The notes under the pieces are model-generated. The model saw only the letters and a program-made list of their open reading frames with translations, was not told where the DNA came from and did no database searches. This document shows positions 62,203 through 64,000 of a stretch of DNA of 64,000 bases, piece by piece (positions within the stretch are counted from its first letter, which is position 1; each line of letters opens with the position of its first letter). Both the position numbers and the translations under genes were made by a program. Source of the stretch: Eledone cirrhosa (lineage: Eukaryota); the NCBI GenBank assembly GCA_964016885.1, contig OZ024744.1, positions 125,922,001 through 125,986,000 of the forward strand, given 5' to 3'.

Positions 62203-62282
62203 GTCCATGGCTTGGCCTGCTAACCGACGCTATACCCAAGTCGGTCGCCATGCTTTCCAGCATAGAGTTACGTCTCTTTATG

Positions 62283-62392
62283 GTCTGAGTTCAAATCACG
62301 CCGAGGTTAACTTTGCCTTTCATCCTTACGGGGTCGATAAAATAAAGCACCAGTAATGTACTGGGGTCGATTTAATCGACTTTCCCCTCCTC
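62283..62392 (+). mobile_element. SINE (octopod-type by recollection), longest copy in the window
   Basis: B-box-like GAGTTCAAATC followed by AACTTTGCCTTTCATCC..GGGGTCGATAAAATAAAG..CCAGT..ACTGGGGTCGATTTAATCGACTT; at least five dispersed fragments in the window. Confidence 0.8.
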
Positions 62393-62426
62393 TGCCAAAT
62401 GACACACACATGCATGGTTCGGGGGA

Positions 62427-62432
62427 ACCTAC

Positions 62433-62484
<52 letters not shown>

Positions 62485-62490
62485 GTAGGT
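62427..62490. repeat. Perfect 64-bp palindrome ACCTACG-(TA)25-CGTAGGT
   Basis: Directly visible. Confidence 0.9.
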
Positions 62491-63359
62491 CACTGGTTGA
62501 GTCGGTATTAACCACAGTAACTAAGGTACTCAATACATATTAGATATAGGTGTCTTTCTAATTGCTGGCCTTGTTCATAAGGTATACACAAGTATGATGT
62601 GTGTCTGTTTAACTGTACGTGTGAAAACATCGCGAAATTGCGCCTTTTAATATTTGAATATAAACAGTTAAAAAATAATTATTTTAGTAATTTTTAAATA
62701 TCGATAATGTGTATATAAATATTAGAAATCAATTTAATTAGTTCAGTAACATTACTCGGAGTTAAGATAAACCTTCATTTGAAGAAATTCGAGATTTGAC
62801 CAAATAAATAGATTATGTGATCAATAAAAAAAATATGTATACGCGCTTGAACGACGGGTTGCAGACAGTCAGGCATACAGACACATATTTTAAAGCGTGC
62901 GACGTTAAAAGTCTTACTCTCTCTCTTTTTAGATAGATAGACTTAATTAAAGCAGTTTCACTCTCTCTATATTTCATCAGCTCCCTCTCTCTTAAATTGA
63001 AAGATTCATTAAGGCTGAAATAATCTAAACAGTAACATCATTTTTCGCCAGCTCTAGCTTGCGTCCAGAGATATACACACACATATATATATATTTTTTT
63101 TGTTATCGAGTTGAGCTTTGCCAAGCATAGAATTCCAAATTTGACCATCTCCACTGAAAATGTTCGTGAAATAGTCTTTAAGAAGCAATTTAATTTTTTC
63201 CAACTGAAACTGTAAGTATTTTAAAATTTATTTCAACATGGTCTTAAAAGATTGTTGGCTTTTTTTAAATTCATAACTATTTACTATGAAATATAAATTA
63301 TTAAATCCAATTTATTTGATAACCATGATTTGATTTTATAATTACCTGAATCACGTTAA

Positions 63360-63363
63360 CATG

Positions 63364-63408
<45 letters not shown>

Positions 63409-63659
63409 GTGTGTGTATATATATATATATATAATAATTGTTTCTACGTTACGCAGTGTATTACTGGTACTGTATTTTACGATATTAAATATTAAATATT
63501 AACTATTAGATATTAAATATTAAATATTAGATATTAGATATTAAATATTAAATATGATATCCCTGAAATATATATAATGAAATAAATATGGTTTTATAAA
63601 TGTAATTTCCATTTGTTTAATATCAAATATATATATATATATATATGTATTTATGTATA

Positions 63660-63703
<44 letters not shown>

Positions 63704-63930
63704 GCAGACACAGACACAGAATATCGTATATATCACACACACACAATTAAGACTTGACGTGTTGCAGACAGCCAGACATACAGAGAGATATTTTAAAGCG
63801 TGCGACCTTACATGCCTTACTCTTTCTCTTATCAAAAGAGAAAGAGTAATGCTAACACTTACGTCTACTTCACGCTCTCTTGAACCGTTACAGAAATTGC
63901 ATCACATCTAATTATAACTTTGTACGTTTG

Positions 63931-64000
<70 letters not shown>
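63360..64000. repeat. Cluster of (TA)n, (CA)n and (ATATTA(A/G))n simple repeats
   Basis: Directly visible. Confidence 0.9.

Noticed and set aside
62855-63830. Diverged ~70-bp direct repeat (GTTGCAGACAG..TTTTAAAGCGTGCGAC) at ~62858 and ~63761 as LTRs
   Set aside because: Too short and diverged, with no TG..CA termini, primer-binding site or internal coding sequence; likely an old local duplication.

Overview
Repeat-rich eukaryotic (animal) DNA with no intact protein-coding gene. The SINE and LINE fragments resemble those I recall from octopod cephalopods, but I cannot verify this here. Five zones: (1) 1-6820, a CpG-rich rDNA-spacer-like block followed by decayed CRE/RTE LINE fragments, SINE pieces and mini/microsatellites. 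(2) 6821-15632, a collapsed 'mini-rDNA': (CCCTAA)n tract, 169-172-bp spacer repeats, ETS-like sequence, 18S 5' end, a ~5.5-kb satellite built from scrambled 18S and 28S motifs, 28S 3' end, spacer, and a G-rich telomere-like 16-mer array. (3) 15633-52777, a ~37-kb head-to-tail array of a 1584-bp foldback unit with 16 palindrome axes and arms up to ~490 bp, interrupted six times by a 2.1-2.3-kb cassette captured from the right flank. (4) 52779-61550, nested RTE LINE, MITE and Helitron debris with a 3.35-kb segmental duplication. (5) 61620-64000, minisatellite, SINE and microsatellites. Nearly all listed ORFs are artefacts of repeats. All family assignments come from motif recognition without database searches, and the boundaries of decayed elements are approximate.
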